Below are positions 51,218 through 63,854 of a DNA stretch of 64,000 nucleotides, piece by piece. Source of the DNA: Octopus sinensis (lineage: Eukaryota); contig NC_043011.1 of assembly GCF_006345805.1 (NCBI RefSeq), positions 13,404,464 to 13,468,463 on the forward strand, in the 5' to 3' direction. The position numbers were made by a program, and so were the translations under genes. Numbering within the stretch: position 1 is the first letter of the stretch; the number at the start of each line of letters is the position of its first letter. The notes under the pieces are model-generated. The model did not search any database and was not told the DNA's origin. It saw only the letters and a list, made by a program, of their open reading frames with translations.

Positions 51218-51870
51218 AGGTATCAAAAAGTTCCGAGACTAGTTCTGTAGCATCCCAACAGATGGCAGCCTATGATTGTGTGTCTAGTGAGAAATTGTAA
51301 AAAATTTTTGTCATGGACAGGAAGTTGGAACAAGGAGCTAATGTGAAATTTTGCATTAAATTTGGAGAGTCTGCTACATTGAGCATGCTTTGGCAAGCTT
51401 ACAGCAATGAGGCAATGAGTCATACACAATGTTTCAAGTGGCACAGGCTCTTCAGAAGCAGAACATCTCTGGAAGACAATTAATGATCTGGAAGGCCTGT
51501 CATGAAGGTCACCTAGGAATGTGGAGAAAATTCATCAGCTTTTGTATGAGGGTTGTTGGAAGACGATCAACATTTAGAAGTGTCTGAGGAAGGACATTTG
51601 GCAAAAACAACTGGATCTGTGGAGTGTGAAGAATTGGATTCTTCACAACAACAATGCATCCTGTTACCAAGCTCTCCTCACTTGAGTTTCTCACCAAAAA
51701 CATGGTATTGCTTCCACACCTGCAGACTTCCATCTCTTTCCCCAAGATGAAAATGCAGCTCAAAGGTTGCATTTTTAACACCTTTGTCGAATTCTAGGCT
51801 GGATTCAAAAAGTGGCAAGAAATGCTGGGTCCAGTATATTGCAGCACAAGGTGACTATTTTGAAGGTTAT
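51218..51870 (+). mobile_element. Decayed, internally deleted mariner transposon
   Basis: Reads MDRKLEQGANVKFCIKFGESA...CFKWHRLFRS...SGRP (mariner HTH region) and a decayed C-terminus (FKKWQE...; plus frame). Confidence 0.75.
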
Positions 51871-51880
51871 TAAACATAAG

Positions 51881-52337
51881 TACTCTCTTTTACTTGTTTC
51901 AGTCATTTGACTGCGGCCATGCTGGAGCACTGCCTTTAATTGAGCAACTCGACCCCAGGACTTATACTTTGTAAGCCCAGTACTTATTCTATCGGTCTCT
52001 TTTGCCGAACAGTTAAGCGACGGGGACATAAACACACCAGCATCGGTTGTCAAGCAATGCTAGGGAGACAAACACACACACACATACATACATCATCATC
52101 GTTTAACGTCCGTTTTCCGCGCTAGCACGGGTTGGACGGTTCGACCGGGGTCTGGGGAGCCAGGGGCTGCTCCAGGCTGATCTGGCAGTGTTTCTACAGC
52201 TGGATTCCCTTCCTAACGCCAACCACTCTGCGAGTGTAGTGGGTGCTTTTTACGTGCCACCTGCACAGGTGCCAGAGGGATCTGGTATCGGTCACGATCG
52301 GTTGGTGCTTTTTATGTGCCACCGGCACAGAAGCCAG

Positions 52338-52392
<55 letters not shown>

Positions 52393-52484
52393 AAGGGCAT
52401 TACCAGATAAGACTGGCTACCCAGATACCCGGTCGAACCGTCCAACCCATGCAAGCATGGAGAACGGACGTTAAATGATGATGA

Positions 52485-52523
<39 letters not shown>

Positions 52524-52695
52524 CACACATTCAACGGGCTTTTTTCAGTTTCCGTCTACCAAATCCACTCACAAGGCTTTGGTCAGCCTGAGGCTATAGC
52601 AGAAGACACTTGCCCAAGGTGCCATGCAGTGGGACTGAACCTGGAACCATGTGGTTGGTAAGCAAGCTACTTACCACACAGCCACTCCTGCACCT
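51881..52695 (-). mobile_element. SINE family B split by nested family C insertions
   Basis: Tail half about 51881-52090, head half about 52530-52695; family C copies and (TA)n between them. Confidence 0.82.
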
Positions 52696-52863
52696 AAGTA
52701 GTCCAAGAACTTTTTTGATATATATTGTGTGAGCATTATTTAATCAGTTTGACTCAGCTCTGTGCAACTTAGTTTTGTAGGCTTGTATAACAAACAGAAC
52801 TTGTTAGATAGCCATATTGAGATGCCTGATGAGTTACATTTGTTCTATGAGCCTATGGATCTC

Positions 52864-53280
52864 GGATCTTTTCAGTTTGAACGGTAGTTTTTAACATAAT
52901 TTCTAGGTAACTAAAAAATTTTAAACTGTGTATACTGGTAGAATATGTTTATAAAACATATTTTTCTCTTGGCTTTATTGTGAAAATTCTATAGTTTGTA
53001 AGATATTTGTTTTTTTTTTTCTTCAATTCCTGCAATTTCAACCAATTACTGACGTCTATTGGGGTAAAATAAACATTGTGCCGTATGAATATGTCCCTCG
53101 TTTAAGAAACAGATTGGGTTTATTTACATTTGTGAAGAAAAAAAGATACCTTCCCCCACACCCCTAACCCTAACCCTAAAACAGATTGAAATGCAATAGA
53201 TCGATACTAGGGTCATAATTATGGGTGACAATTTCATATGACACCGCTAGAAAAAATTGCTGTTCAAACCAAAAAGATCC
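52864..53280. mobile_element. About 410-bp TIR element, copy 2, with internal (CCCTAA)3
   Basis: Same TIR and body as 697-1102; CCCTAA x3 at 53162-53179. Confidence 0.8.
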
Positions 53281-53526
53281 TGAATCTTTAAGTTGCTTGG
53301 GGCTGAGTCAGACTTATTGAATAATATACGTAATTCCTACCAAATGTGTTGAGTGCCACTTTCTTTCATTTGTCCACTCATGAGTAAGCGGACATTTTAA
53401 ACATTAAAATGAATTTTGTGGCAGTTACTAAACTAATGCAAACAGATGTTTAGTAATATCTTCATTCAATGCCACACTGTATCTCAGATATAAATCTGTA
53501 CAATATCTGACTTGACTCTTGTATAT

Positions 53527-53910
53527 TACTCTTTTACTTGTTTCAGTCATTTGACTGCGGCCATGCTGGAGCACCGCCTTTAGTCGAGCAAATCGACCCC
53601 GGGACTTATTCTTTGCAAGCCCAGTACTTATTCTATCGGTTTCTTTTGCTGAACCGCTAAGTGATGGGGACGTAAACATACCAGCATCGGTTGTCAAGCA
53701 ATGCTAGGGGGACAAACACAGACACACAAACACACACACATATATATATATACATATATACGACAGGCTTCTTTCAGTTTCCGTCTACCAAATCCACTCA
53801 CAAGGCATTGGTCGGCCTGGGGCTATAGCAGAAGACACTAGCCCAAGATGCCACACAATGGGACTGTGGTTGGTAAGCAAGCTACTTACCACACAGCCAC
53901 TCCTGCGCCT
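53527..53910 (-). mobile_element. SINE family B
   Basis: Near-identical to the other copies. Confidence 0.88.
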
Positions 53911-54168
53911 AATATGTGTATTATTTACATTTCAAATCCTAGATCTCTTACTGGAACCATTTTCTTCTTTTTTTTTTTTAATTTTTAAAAAATTTTATTC
54001 TTTAGTTTGCATAGAATATTGGTTAAATAAACGTCAGGTGTTTTTTTTTTTCCCTAGGCAAAAACTGTAGGAACTAAAAGATATTACTGGCTCCTCTTGA
54101 TGGGGACTTAAGCTTTTGTACTGATGCAATGGCTTTAGTCTGTATTTTGACCTGTCACAAGTGTTTTG

Positions 54169-54587
54169 GGATCTTTTCAGTTTGAACGGCAGTTTTTTCT
54201 AGTGGTGTCATATGAAATTGTCACCCATAATTATGACACTAGTATTGATCTATTGCATTTCAATCTGTTTTATGGATAGTTAGGGGTGGGGGAAGGGTTT
54301 CTTTTTTCTTCAGAAATGTAAATAAACCCAATCTATTTCTTAAATGAGGGACATATTCATACGGCACAGAATGTTTTTTTTTTACCTCAACAGATGTCAT
54401 TGATTGGTTGGAATTGCAGAAATTGAAGAAAAAAAACCAACAAATATCTTACAAGCTATAGAATTTTCTCAATAAAGCCAAAAGAAAAAGATGTTTTATA
54501 AACACATTCTACAAGTATACGAAGTTTAAAAGTGTTTAGTTATGTGGAAATTATTTTTAAAAACTGCCGTTCAAACCGAAAAGATCC
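54169..54587. mobile_element. About 410-bp TIR element, copy 3 (inverted relative to copy 2)
   Basis: Same TIR; body is the reverse complement of copies 1 and 2. Confidence 0.8.
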
Positions 54588-55276
54588 GTGTTTTGCCCTT
54601 TAGCTCATTTGCTTCACCTGAGTGGAACAACAAAGAGTAAATTATTAACCTTCATTTACAAAAATGTTTCTATCTGTACTTTTGTCAACCACCTTAAACT
54701 GATTTCAGCTGCCATAGCTATCTCCTTAGTTCCCTATGAAGTTATCTGGGTCCTAAACAAATCTTCTGCAAGAATATAGTGCAGTAATCATACTGGGAAA
54801 CTGTAACAATTAACTTTAATGGCGGAATGGCACTGCATCCCATTCTTTGAAAAGAGCCTCATCAACCACATTCTGGTATTTGGATTTCTTCAGTTAGTGA
54901 GAAATGTTAAGTCTGTCCTCTCAAGACACCATGAGTTTGGCCATGGTAATTGCTTTTGTGCTCTTAGACAAGCTGTACATGATGGAGTATTGGTATTACC
55001 ACCTCTTTTGGAAGGACGCGTCTTCCTTTCAGATCTGCTTTCATCCTTCAGTCATAGTCTTATAGAAAGTGTCTCTAAACTATTTTTGCTTTTTGAAGTT
55101 TTATTACCTTTCCTTAGGAATCTAATACCTTTGTGGGTGATGCCTATTGTTTGTTGGTCTTAATTCTCTGCAAGTCTTTTCACTTGGCAACTTTTCTAAG
55201 GACGTTACTGAATTTCCATTTGTATCCATCTTCTCCTGGTACCCTGGGGCATCCAGTTAAAATGTGTTCAGGGTAT

Positions 55277-55510
55277 GGCGGCGAGCTGGCAGAACCGTTA
55301 GCACGCCGGGCAAAATGCTTTGCGGTATTTCGTCTGCCGTTACGTTCTGAGTTCAAATTCCGCCGAGGTCGACTTTACCTTTCAGCCTTTCGGGGTCAAT
55401 AAATTAAGTACCAGTTACACACTGGGGGTCGATATAATCGACTTAATCCGTTTGTCTGTTCTTGTCCCCATCTGTGTTTAGCCCCTTGTGGGAGGTAAAG
55501 AAATAGGTAT
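55277..55510 (+). mobile_element. SINE family A (tRNA-like head GGCGGCGAGCTGGCAGAA...GAGTTCAAATTCC)
   Basis: Box A/B-like motifs; further copies at 232-383 (-), 38985-39214 (+), 58428-58622 (+) and 63120-63343 (-). Confidence 0.85.
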
Positions 55511-56359
55511 AAAATGTCACTCCACACTACTTACAGGATGGATCTTCTTTGCTCCAGATTTTACTGTATCAACTGTCTCTAGCAGATAAGCCCTGCCACC
55601 TTTATGTGGTGATCTTTCTCCAATGCCTCTCAAATACTGTACACAATGTTTCAAAAATGTGTCATAAATTTTCAAACCCCAAGAATCATTTAGTTGTAGA
55701 TTATAAAGCTGTCTTTGTGAAAGGTTATTATACAAACAACATAAGCGCAAATGTGTCCAGTTGGACAAGGATATGTACTTTCACAGTGCAAATCTGAAGT
55801 GACACTCCAAGAAGCTTTGAATTGTCCTTGTTAGTTTTAGAAATAAGATTTATGCCACCAGCTTTGGTTGAAAAAGTTGTATTACAAGCTGGTAGAATTA
55901 TTAGAGCACTAGAGAAAATACCAAACAGTGTTTGTTCCAACTCTATGTTCTGAGTTCAAATCCTACTAAAGTCAACTTTACCTTCATTTTTTTTTTTTTA
56001 ATTTTATTTTATTGACCTCAAAAACAATCAGGCATTGAGATCAATCATTTCAATTAATCCCCTCCCTCTAAATCGTTAGCATTGTGCCTAAATTAGAAAT
56101 CATTCATATCAAATCTGTTTGAGCAGAGCTATGGTTAAGGATCCCAGCTTTGAATACCATATCTTTTTAATTAGTACTACTTTCATATTTAAATGGATTT
56201 TTTTTTGTTGGTAGTTAAAATGTTAACACACTTATAGTAAAGTTCAAAATTGTAGAATTAAATTTAGTATCCTACTAAGTGGTCAGCACAGCAGTTTCAC
56301 AATGATACTTATATTAATTTATAATTTAAACATAGTCTGGTTTGAGTATAGTATTAAGT

Positions 56360-56365
56360 TTTATT
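56360..56365 (-). terminator. Candidate poly(A) signal of the PK paralog
   Basis: TTTATT on + (AATAAA on -) about 180 nt past the TAG. Confidence 0.35.
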
Positions 56366-56545
56366 TACATCAATCTTACTAGAGTTAGTAAATTAGCATA
56401 TTTGCTTGTTCCTCAAACAAGTATGCTAACTAAAGGAAGTTGGTCCCTTGAACTTATACATTCCAATATCATTTTAAGAAGAAATAGCTTTAATAATCAA
56501 TGAAATAAATTTTCTCTCGACAAGCTTTAAAGAAAAAAAAATTAT

Positions 56546-56745
56546 CTAATATGTCATCGGAAGCGGATCATTTTCACCGGGCACTGTAGCCACACACATC
56601 GTATCAGTGGAACCACTGCCTTCAGTCCAACCACGCACCAGCATAACTCGGTCTTTGACTTTCAAGAATCCTCTTTCCACTGCATTCTCAAAGGCTTTCT
56701 TGATTCCTAAGTTGTAATCTTTTTCCCAAAAACCAGTAACTGGGC
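56546..56745 (-). CDS. PK paralog, terminal exon K' (200 bp incl. TAG)
   Basis: ttttacctgcAG acceptor, phase 1; (S)PVTGFWEKDYNLGI...VRGWTEGSGSTDTMCVATVPGENDPLPMTY*; gap-free with exon K over 56 aa (16 identities). Confidence 0.92.
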
Positions 56746-57499
56746 CTGCAGGTAAAATGTTAAAAACGACTATTAGCGTGTCGGTTAATGAGGGGAAATG
56801 GTTTAATATTTAAGTTAATGGCGATATGAACAACCATGGAATTATGACCACAAACTGCAGAATGTGGACTAATGAAGTTTACTTTGCAACAACGGTTTGT
56901 AATCAGACTCACTATGCTACACTGAGAGTAAGTTTATTTTACCATAACTCCAAAATGGACGTTTTGGTAGATAGAAATGGAAAGAAGCCCATTGTGTGTG
57001 TGTATTTAAAGGTATGTGTATATGTATATTGGCTAATGGGATAATGTCCAGTGTAAATGTATAGGGTAATGGAATTATGGCCAATACTGTGACCTATATA
57101 CAGTGCTGGCCATAATTCAAGATGGCTTCTAATTTTTAGCCATCTTAAATTTGTCTTATATTCTATTACTCTCTCTCTCTCTCTCTAGATTCCTGATGAG
57201 TTGTTTGATCTACAAGCCTATGAAATATCAGTTTCCATGGAGCTGAGTTAGACTGTCATTAAATAATATATGTAACTCCTGCCAAATGTACTGAGTATCA
57301 CTTACTTTCATTTGTCAACTGTCATATATAAACGACAGGCTTCTTTCCAGTTTCTACCTAACAAATATATTCATAAAGGTTTGGTCTGCCTAGGGTTATA
57401 GTAAAAGGTACATGCCCAAAGTGGTGGTGCAGAGAGGAACTGAACCCAAAGCCAGATAGTTGTGGAGCAGAATTGTTAGCAACACACCTATGGCTGCAG

Positions 57500-57745
57500 T
57501 ATCTGTGCTAAAGGAATTATGACTAGTGTTTCAGTATGAGATTCTGCCCAACAATTCAACTTGTGGGTTAATAGAACTATGGCTAACATTCCAGAAACCG
57601 GGCTAATGGAACTATGGATAACATGACATTATGTAGGCTAACACTGCAGTATGATAGGCTAAAGGAACTATGGCCAACGTTGCAGTATGTGAGATAATGA
57701 AATAATGGTTGGTAGATCAGTATTTAGGTTAATGGAATTGTGGCT
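57500..57745. repeat. Degenerate tandem repeat, unit about 30-40 bp (GGCTAATGGAACTATGGCCAACATTGCAGTAT-like)
   Basis: Several diverged units; related units at about 57030-57090. Confidence 0.55.
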
Positions 57746-58098
57746 TGCACTTTTGTATCACCAAAGTCTGGGTGCTTGGATTTGTTTTATATCATTCATA
57801 GCAATAACATTTTATTTCCTTTCCAAATTCTCTTTGAATTTTCTTTAAATTTCCAATGTAAAAATATTTTTTTATACCAGATTGAGAAGTATAAACTGTT
57901 TACTGATCAATGTTATAAGAATTTTTGCATATGAAAAACATAGGACATTAAAAGATTAATCTCTGGGAAGCAGAATTGTTTACATTGATTTATAAAGTAA
58001 TTTAAAAAAGGATCGTTCAGAGGGACTATTTTCATAGAAGAAATACTCAATGACTGTAATATGATTTTAAGTTTCAAAATAAAATATAGATATCTTAC

Positions 58099-58217
58099 TT
58101 TGGTCAATGACTGGAAGAACTCCACGATAGAGATGGAGCTGCCTTGCTGTGATTGGTGACCTTGTGACTGCAATCACTATGCAACGTGGTCGATAACGAG
58201 AGATGAGAGCAGCAGAT
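58099..58217 (-). CDS. PK paralog, exon J' (119 bp)
   Basis: ttacAG / GTaaga; [39 protein letters not shown]; same size and phases as exon J. Confidence 0.94.
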
Positions 58218-58937
58218 CTGTAAATTGATATGTAAAATGTCCATGTAACATTACACTTAAATATTATCAATTGCTCAATTTAGTCATGTCAAAGATTATA
58301 ATCCACGAAATGAATTTTGTAATACATAGTTATATAATTTTTGTTGTAATTTAGTATAAAGAACTCTGTTTTCAATGCTATGTACAACAATGGAGCAATT
58401 AAGGTACTGAACTCATTGTTAATAATTAAAAAGTTTGGCAGAATAGTTAGTACACTGGGCTAAATGCTTAGTGGCATTTTGTCAGTCTTTAGGTCCCGTG
58501 TTCAAATTCTGCCAAGGTTGACTTTGCCTTTCATCCTTTCGGGGTTGATAGAACATGCACTGGGATTGATATAATTAATTTAATCTCTTCCCCGAAATTA
58601 CTGGCCTTGTGCCAAAATCTGAAACTTGCCACTAGGACTTCATTATTTGCTACTGTATCTTCATATGTTTTGTTTCAAATGCAAATGTTAAAAACTTATA
58701 ACATTTGTGTTGACTAATTTAATAAATTTTTTTTTGTAATTTTGTTTTAAATTTCTGCAAAAAATGGTGAAAAAAGTGTCAGTTTCTTCGGTTTTCCCTT
58801 AAAATGCAATTGTAAGCATACTCACATTTCACTACTTCATCAAATTTGTATGAACTTAAGACTGCTGATATCTGGTTGATGCAAATCATACATTCCTAAG
58901 TCCATTAAATCATTGCTAAATACAATATACATACATA

Positions 58938-59140
58938 TACTCTTTTACTTGTTTCAGTCATTTGACTGCGACCATGCTGGAGCACCGCCTTTAGTTGAAC
59001 AAATCGACCCCAGGACTTATTCTTTGTAAGCCCAGTACTTATTCTATCGGTCTCTTTTGCTGAACCGCTAAGTGACGGTGATGTAAACACACCAGCATCG
59101 GATGTCAAGCAATGCTAGGGGGACAAACACAGACACACAA

Positions 59141-59175
<35 letters not shown>

Positions 59176-59347
59176 CATATATACGACAGGCTTCTTTTAG
59201 TTTCCGTCTACCAAATCCACTCACAAGGCATTGGTCGGCCCGGGGCTATGGCAGAAGACACTTGCCCAAGATGCCATGCAGTGGGACTGAACCTGGAACC
59301 ATGTGGTTGGTAAGCAAGCTACTTACCACACAGCCACTCCTGCGCCT
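58938..59347 (-). mobile_element. SINE family B
   Basis: Near-identical to the other copies. Confidence 0.88.
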
Positions 59348-59562
59348 ATCAAGCCCAACACATATTCATTATATCAAACATTTATGCCAGTAAAGATATT
59401 GTTAAACAATTAAGTTTTCCTTGCAATCATTAGGTCACAGACTCAATGTTGCTGTGACACTCTGGGTAAGTTCTCTTCTGCCATAACCTTGGGCCTGGGG
59501 TGATGGACTGAACTTCTAACACAAAATGCAAGCTGTGTGATGCTGATTCTGTCTGGGGATTA

Positions 59563-59777
59563 TACTCTCTTTACTCTCTTTTACTTGTTTCAGTCCTTTG
59601 ACTGCGGCCATGCTGGAGCACCGCCTTTAATCGAGCAACTCGACCCCAGCACTTATTCTTTGTAAACCCAGTGCTTATTATATTGGTCTCTTTTGCTGAA
59701 CTGCTAAGTGACGGGGACATAAACACACCAGCATTGGTTGTCAAGCAATGCTAGGGAGACAAACACAGACACACAAA

Positions 59778-59815
<38 letters not shown>

Positions 59816-59981
59816 TTCGATGGGCTTCTTTCAGTTTCTGTCTACCAAATCCACTCTCAAGGGTTTGGTCGGCCCGAGGATATAGTAGAAGACACTTGCC
59901 CAAGATGTCACGCAGTGGGACTGAACCCGGAACCATGTGGTTGGTAAGCAAGCTACTTACCACACAGCCACTCCTGTGCCT
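59563..59981 (-). mobile_element. SINE family B
   Basis: Near-identical to the other copies. Confidence 0.88.
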
Positions 59982-60720
59982 ATTATATTGCAATTAAAGT
60001 GAGTACGGACTTGTAGGTGCATTACCACCCTTGACAGCGGGTAAACAAGCTGGCTATACAGAGAGAGGGCACTACACAACATTGAGGTTCAGCACGTGAC
60101 CTCATCTCTTCTTTTCTGCATGGACACGCAAGCTATGAGGACGCAACTTGACTGGCTCTATCTTAGGCTTCAGGCCAGCTAGCGGATAGGAACACAGTAC
60201 AGAAGACCATAGCCCTTACATGCCAACCATTCTGTTTGTCGTTCCATTATGTATGTATGAGGCTCAATAACGACCACCACCATCTAAAGACTGATCACCC
60301 ATTTACACGAGGTTGGAACATTTATTATGAACTTTTTTGATTTGCAATCCTTGTAATTGCAGGCCTCATTATGTAAAAGTGCAGAGTAAGTTTGTGGGGT
60401 TTGAAAGAATCACTTGCTTCATATGCTACAAACACTGAAACACTTAATAAAAAATACATAACTCATCTCAACTTCATTTGATTAGAAGACAAATTATTAA
60501 TTCCATTTCATATTAGAATGATAGAAGATATCTTCAAAGACTTTTATAGATCTTACTTTTGTAACCCATCCAACTTATTTGTGAATGGTGGAATGGTTAG
60601 TGTTGAATAAATTACTACTCTTTACATTCTGAGTTCAAATCTTGTGAAAATCAAATTTGCTTTTATTAACCCTTCCAGGGTTAATAAAATAAAGTACCAG
60701 AGTTGATTTAATCAACTACA

Positions 60721-60766
60721 CTATACCCTTTCCTACTATACCCTTTCCTACTATACCCTTCCTTTG
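60721..60766. repeat. 15-bp tandem repeat x3
   Basis: CTATACCCTTTCCTA repeated three times. Confidence 0.85.
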
Positions 60767-61089
60767 TACTAATGTTGAACTCATTAAACAGAAATAGAAA
60801 AAGGAAAAAAAAACAGCTATGGGCTTGGGAACATGGGGTGAAAGTACACCTAAAGTTCCTGGTGGGTACAAAATCAAAATTTGCACCCCTACTTACTTTT
60901 CTCAGGTTTAGAAAACAGTGCACAAAAAGTAGCTTGAAATTAGTTTTCTTCTCCAAAAAAATTTTTTAAATCAAAGAATAAAAATAAGTAAAAAACAAAC
61001 AATAAGACCTTGCTTGTAAAAAATTTTGACCCTGGGTTTGCACCCACTAAGCAAATTTTGTTTCCAAGCCAGTAGAAACAGTTACTTAC

Positions 61090-61256
61090 TTTCCTGAAGA
61101 AGTTACTACTACAATAGCTTTTGCTTCACAGCTGATTGCTCCCTTCACGGCTGCAAGAGCTGTGGCCTCCTCTTTGCTCAAACGAAAATCACTGATTGTG
61201 CTCAAATCTTTCATAAATTGGTAAGCGAACATAGCCCCTTCAGCTTCACGACAGAT
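61090..61256 (-). CDS. PK paralog, exon I' (167 bp)
   Basis: ttgcAG / GTaagt; ICREAEGAMFAYQF...ATALAAVKGAISCEAKAIVVVTSSGK; same size and phases as exon I. Confidence 0.93.
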
Positions 61257-61386
61257 CTGCAAAGCAATTCACAAAAAGTTAAACTAGAAATAATTATTAA
61301 AGACATTTTTTTTATTTGTCCCACATCAGTTTGAAACTTGTTTGATGTCATGATGAAAGTCCAGTTTTCAGAGTTTTTCATTAGAG

Positions 61387-61605
61387 CAGCATTTCCCAAC
61401 TGGGGTTCCACAATACATTCCTAGGGGTTCCCCGAGAAAGTGTGAGATAAGCTAATGCTAATTTCATGATCGTAATATTACTATACATGCACAACATATT
61501 ATTGATTAATGTAATATTATAATATTAAATAAATATATATCATCATCATCGTTTAGCATCCGCTTTCCAAGGGTTACGCTAGGGTAAAAAGGTTGAGAAA
61601 CACTG
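61387..61605. mobile_element. hAT-type MITE in a paralog intron
   Basis: Termini CAGCATTTCCCAAC / GTTGAGAAACACTG; 8-bp flanks CATTAGAG / CATTAAAG. Confidence 0.75.
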
Positions 61606-63119
61606 CATTAAAGTAAGGTGGTATGAAACTTTCCAAGAATATTTAGGGTAGATTTCCTGATGTGTTGATTTCACTAGGATGAATGCTTTTGATTAGGAAA
61701 ATATAGACAAATAGAACAGACCAAATAACAGAGATGTGTGGGAAAAAATTAAAATAGCAATTGAAATGTTAAAACAACGTAGAGTATAGTATTTCAAGCA
61801 AAATAATATTTGTGGAGTGAGAAATATGATTTTCTTATTTTCCAGTTATTTTCCTGTTATTCTGGCATTTTTATTTACATCATCATATTCTCAGTAGTAA
61901 CTTTCACCATGTACATTTTTCAACAATACCACCAATTTGAAAAATCAAATATTCATGTATACAGACCAAAATGTAATTATCACAAAGTTTAGTAAAATAC
62001 CTGCTGTCATTATTGACTGTTTGGCTATTCAAATACTCAAACAAAAAACAAAAACCATCTTGATATGTGAAGGACACAGATTGTTAAAACAGATCAACAC
62101 AGTCCATCTTACCTATATGTTAAATGATCTATAAACACTATCTCTCACACTTAGTTCAAACACAACAGCACATATACACACATAAATAACTGTAGCATTA
62201 ATAACTTCTTTAGTCTGATACAATGCACCAGGGTGTGTACTACTAGGGTTAATTGTCATAATCATTTTAAGTCCACCTTCCATGCTGGTATGAAGGCTTG
62301 TCATGGTCTGAATCCTTTCTCATTTGTACTCAGGCATTCATGCACGATAATATTACACACCCACTGGAGCATGCTAACTTTATTTTTTGGCTCACCATTC
62401 ATTACCTATTTTTTTTTACACACTGTTAGAAGTGCTAAGTCAAAACACAATTCTTTGTGGTTAATCAACAGTAAAATATGGAATTTATTAAAACCATCAC
62501 TAACATCTACTTTTTAGTTTGACTTCAGACGTTTTAAAACACAGAATTTTTAGAAAAGATTTGGAATCAAGATCACCTTATAATTTTGTTTCATTTTGAC
62601 TAAACATAAAGACTCTACATTTTAATGCTTTTGTTATCATATTTCTATTAAAACACTCTTTGTTCAATTTATGTTGAAAATAATAAAGAATTTAGTAAAA
62701 TAAAATGTTATCATTAAGTTAGTGTTTGGAACATAAATAAACATTAAATTTTGATGGAAGGTTTTAAAGCAAAATGTTTGTGTTATAGAACTCAAGAGTG
62801 GTGGCCTTGGGCAGGTTGACATCAAAAGGGTTAAGAGAGAATTGATCAATGTGATGTTTTTACTTTTCTTAAGAGCAATAGTTGTATGGATAAAGTGAAG
62901 TGTGAAAAGTTTACCTCTTACTTTTTGCCATGTACATGTAATCGCTGCAGTATTAATAGCTGTAAGCTAATCAGACACACAGCAAAAGAAGGAAAGATAA
63001 AGTGACTGAATGGTTCTGTCAACAACACAACTGCACTACCAGAGTAGACAGTTAAAATTCTTGCAAAGATTTTGAGGATATTTGCAACTACTGTTTGATA
63101 TAAATCTCTTATTTCTTTA

Positions 63120-63343
63120 TTGTCCACAAGGGGCTAAACATAGAGGGAACAAACAAGGACAGACAAAGGGATTAAGTCGAATACATCGACCCCAGTGCAC
63201 AACTGGTACTTAATTTATTGACCCCGTAAGGATGAAAGGCAAAGTCGACCTCGGCGGAATTTGAACTCAGAACATAATGGCAGACGAAATACCGCTAAGC
63301 ATTTCGCCCGGCATGCTAACGTTTCTGCCAGCTCACCGCCTTG
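63120..63343 (-). mobile_element. SINE family A
   Basis: Reverse complement of 55277-55510. Confidence 0.85.
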
Positions 63344-63854
63344 ATATATATCTCTTAGTATAGCCAAGAAGAAAGAGAAATTTGCCAAGTAGATTGTTCC
63401 TCTGGTGCTTATATTAGAGAAGGAATTAATGGAATACATGAGAGTTTTAGGTTGAGGGTTTTCTTTACCAGTGCCGCCTTGACTGGCTTCCATGCCGGTG
63501 GCATGTAAAAAGCACCAACCGATCGTGGCCGTTGCCAGCCTCACCTGGCACCTGTGCCGGTGGCACGTAAAAAGCACCCACTACACTCATGGAGTGGTTG
63601 ACATTAGGAAGGGCATCCAGCTGTAGAAACACTGCCAGATCAGACTGGAGCCTGGTGCAGCCTCCTGGCTTCCCAGATCTCAGTCGAACCGTCCAACCCA
63701 TGCTAGCATGGAAAATGGACGTTAAACGATGATGATGATGATGATGACGATGATGTTAGCTGCATTTAGAGTTTTCAAAGGAGTAGATTAGTAGTACAAT
63801 AAATTACTATCTTTTAAGCTATAAAATTATTGCAGTATAACCTTGTAGCCTTAC

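Noticed and set aside
53162-53179. Interstitial telomere
   Set aside because: Only three CCCTAA units, inside a dispersed TIR element.
60721-60766. CRISPR-like array
   Set aside because: Direct tandem units with no spacers, in a eukaryotic intron.
62918-63127. Possible extra exon in the paralog H'-I' intron
   Set aside because: A GTaaga donor exists, but H' (phase 0) joins I' (phase 0) directly to give a full-length PK segment and the peptide is not PK-like.
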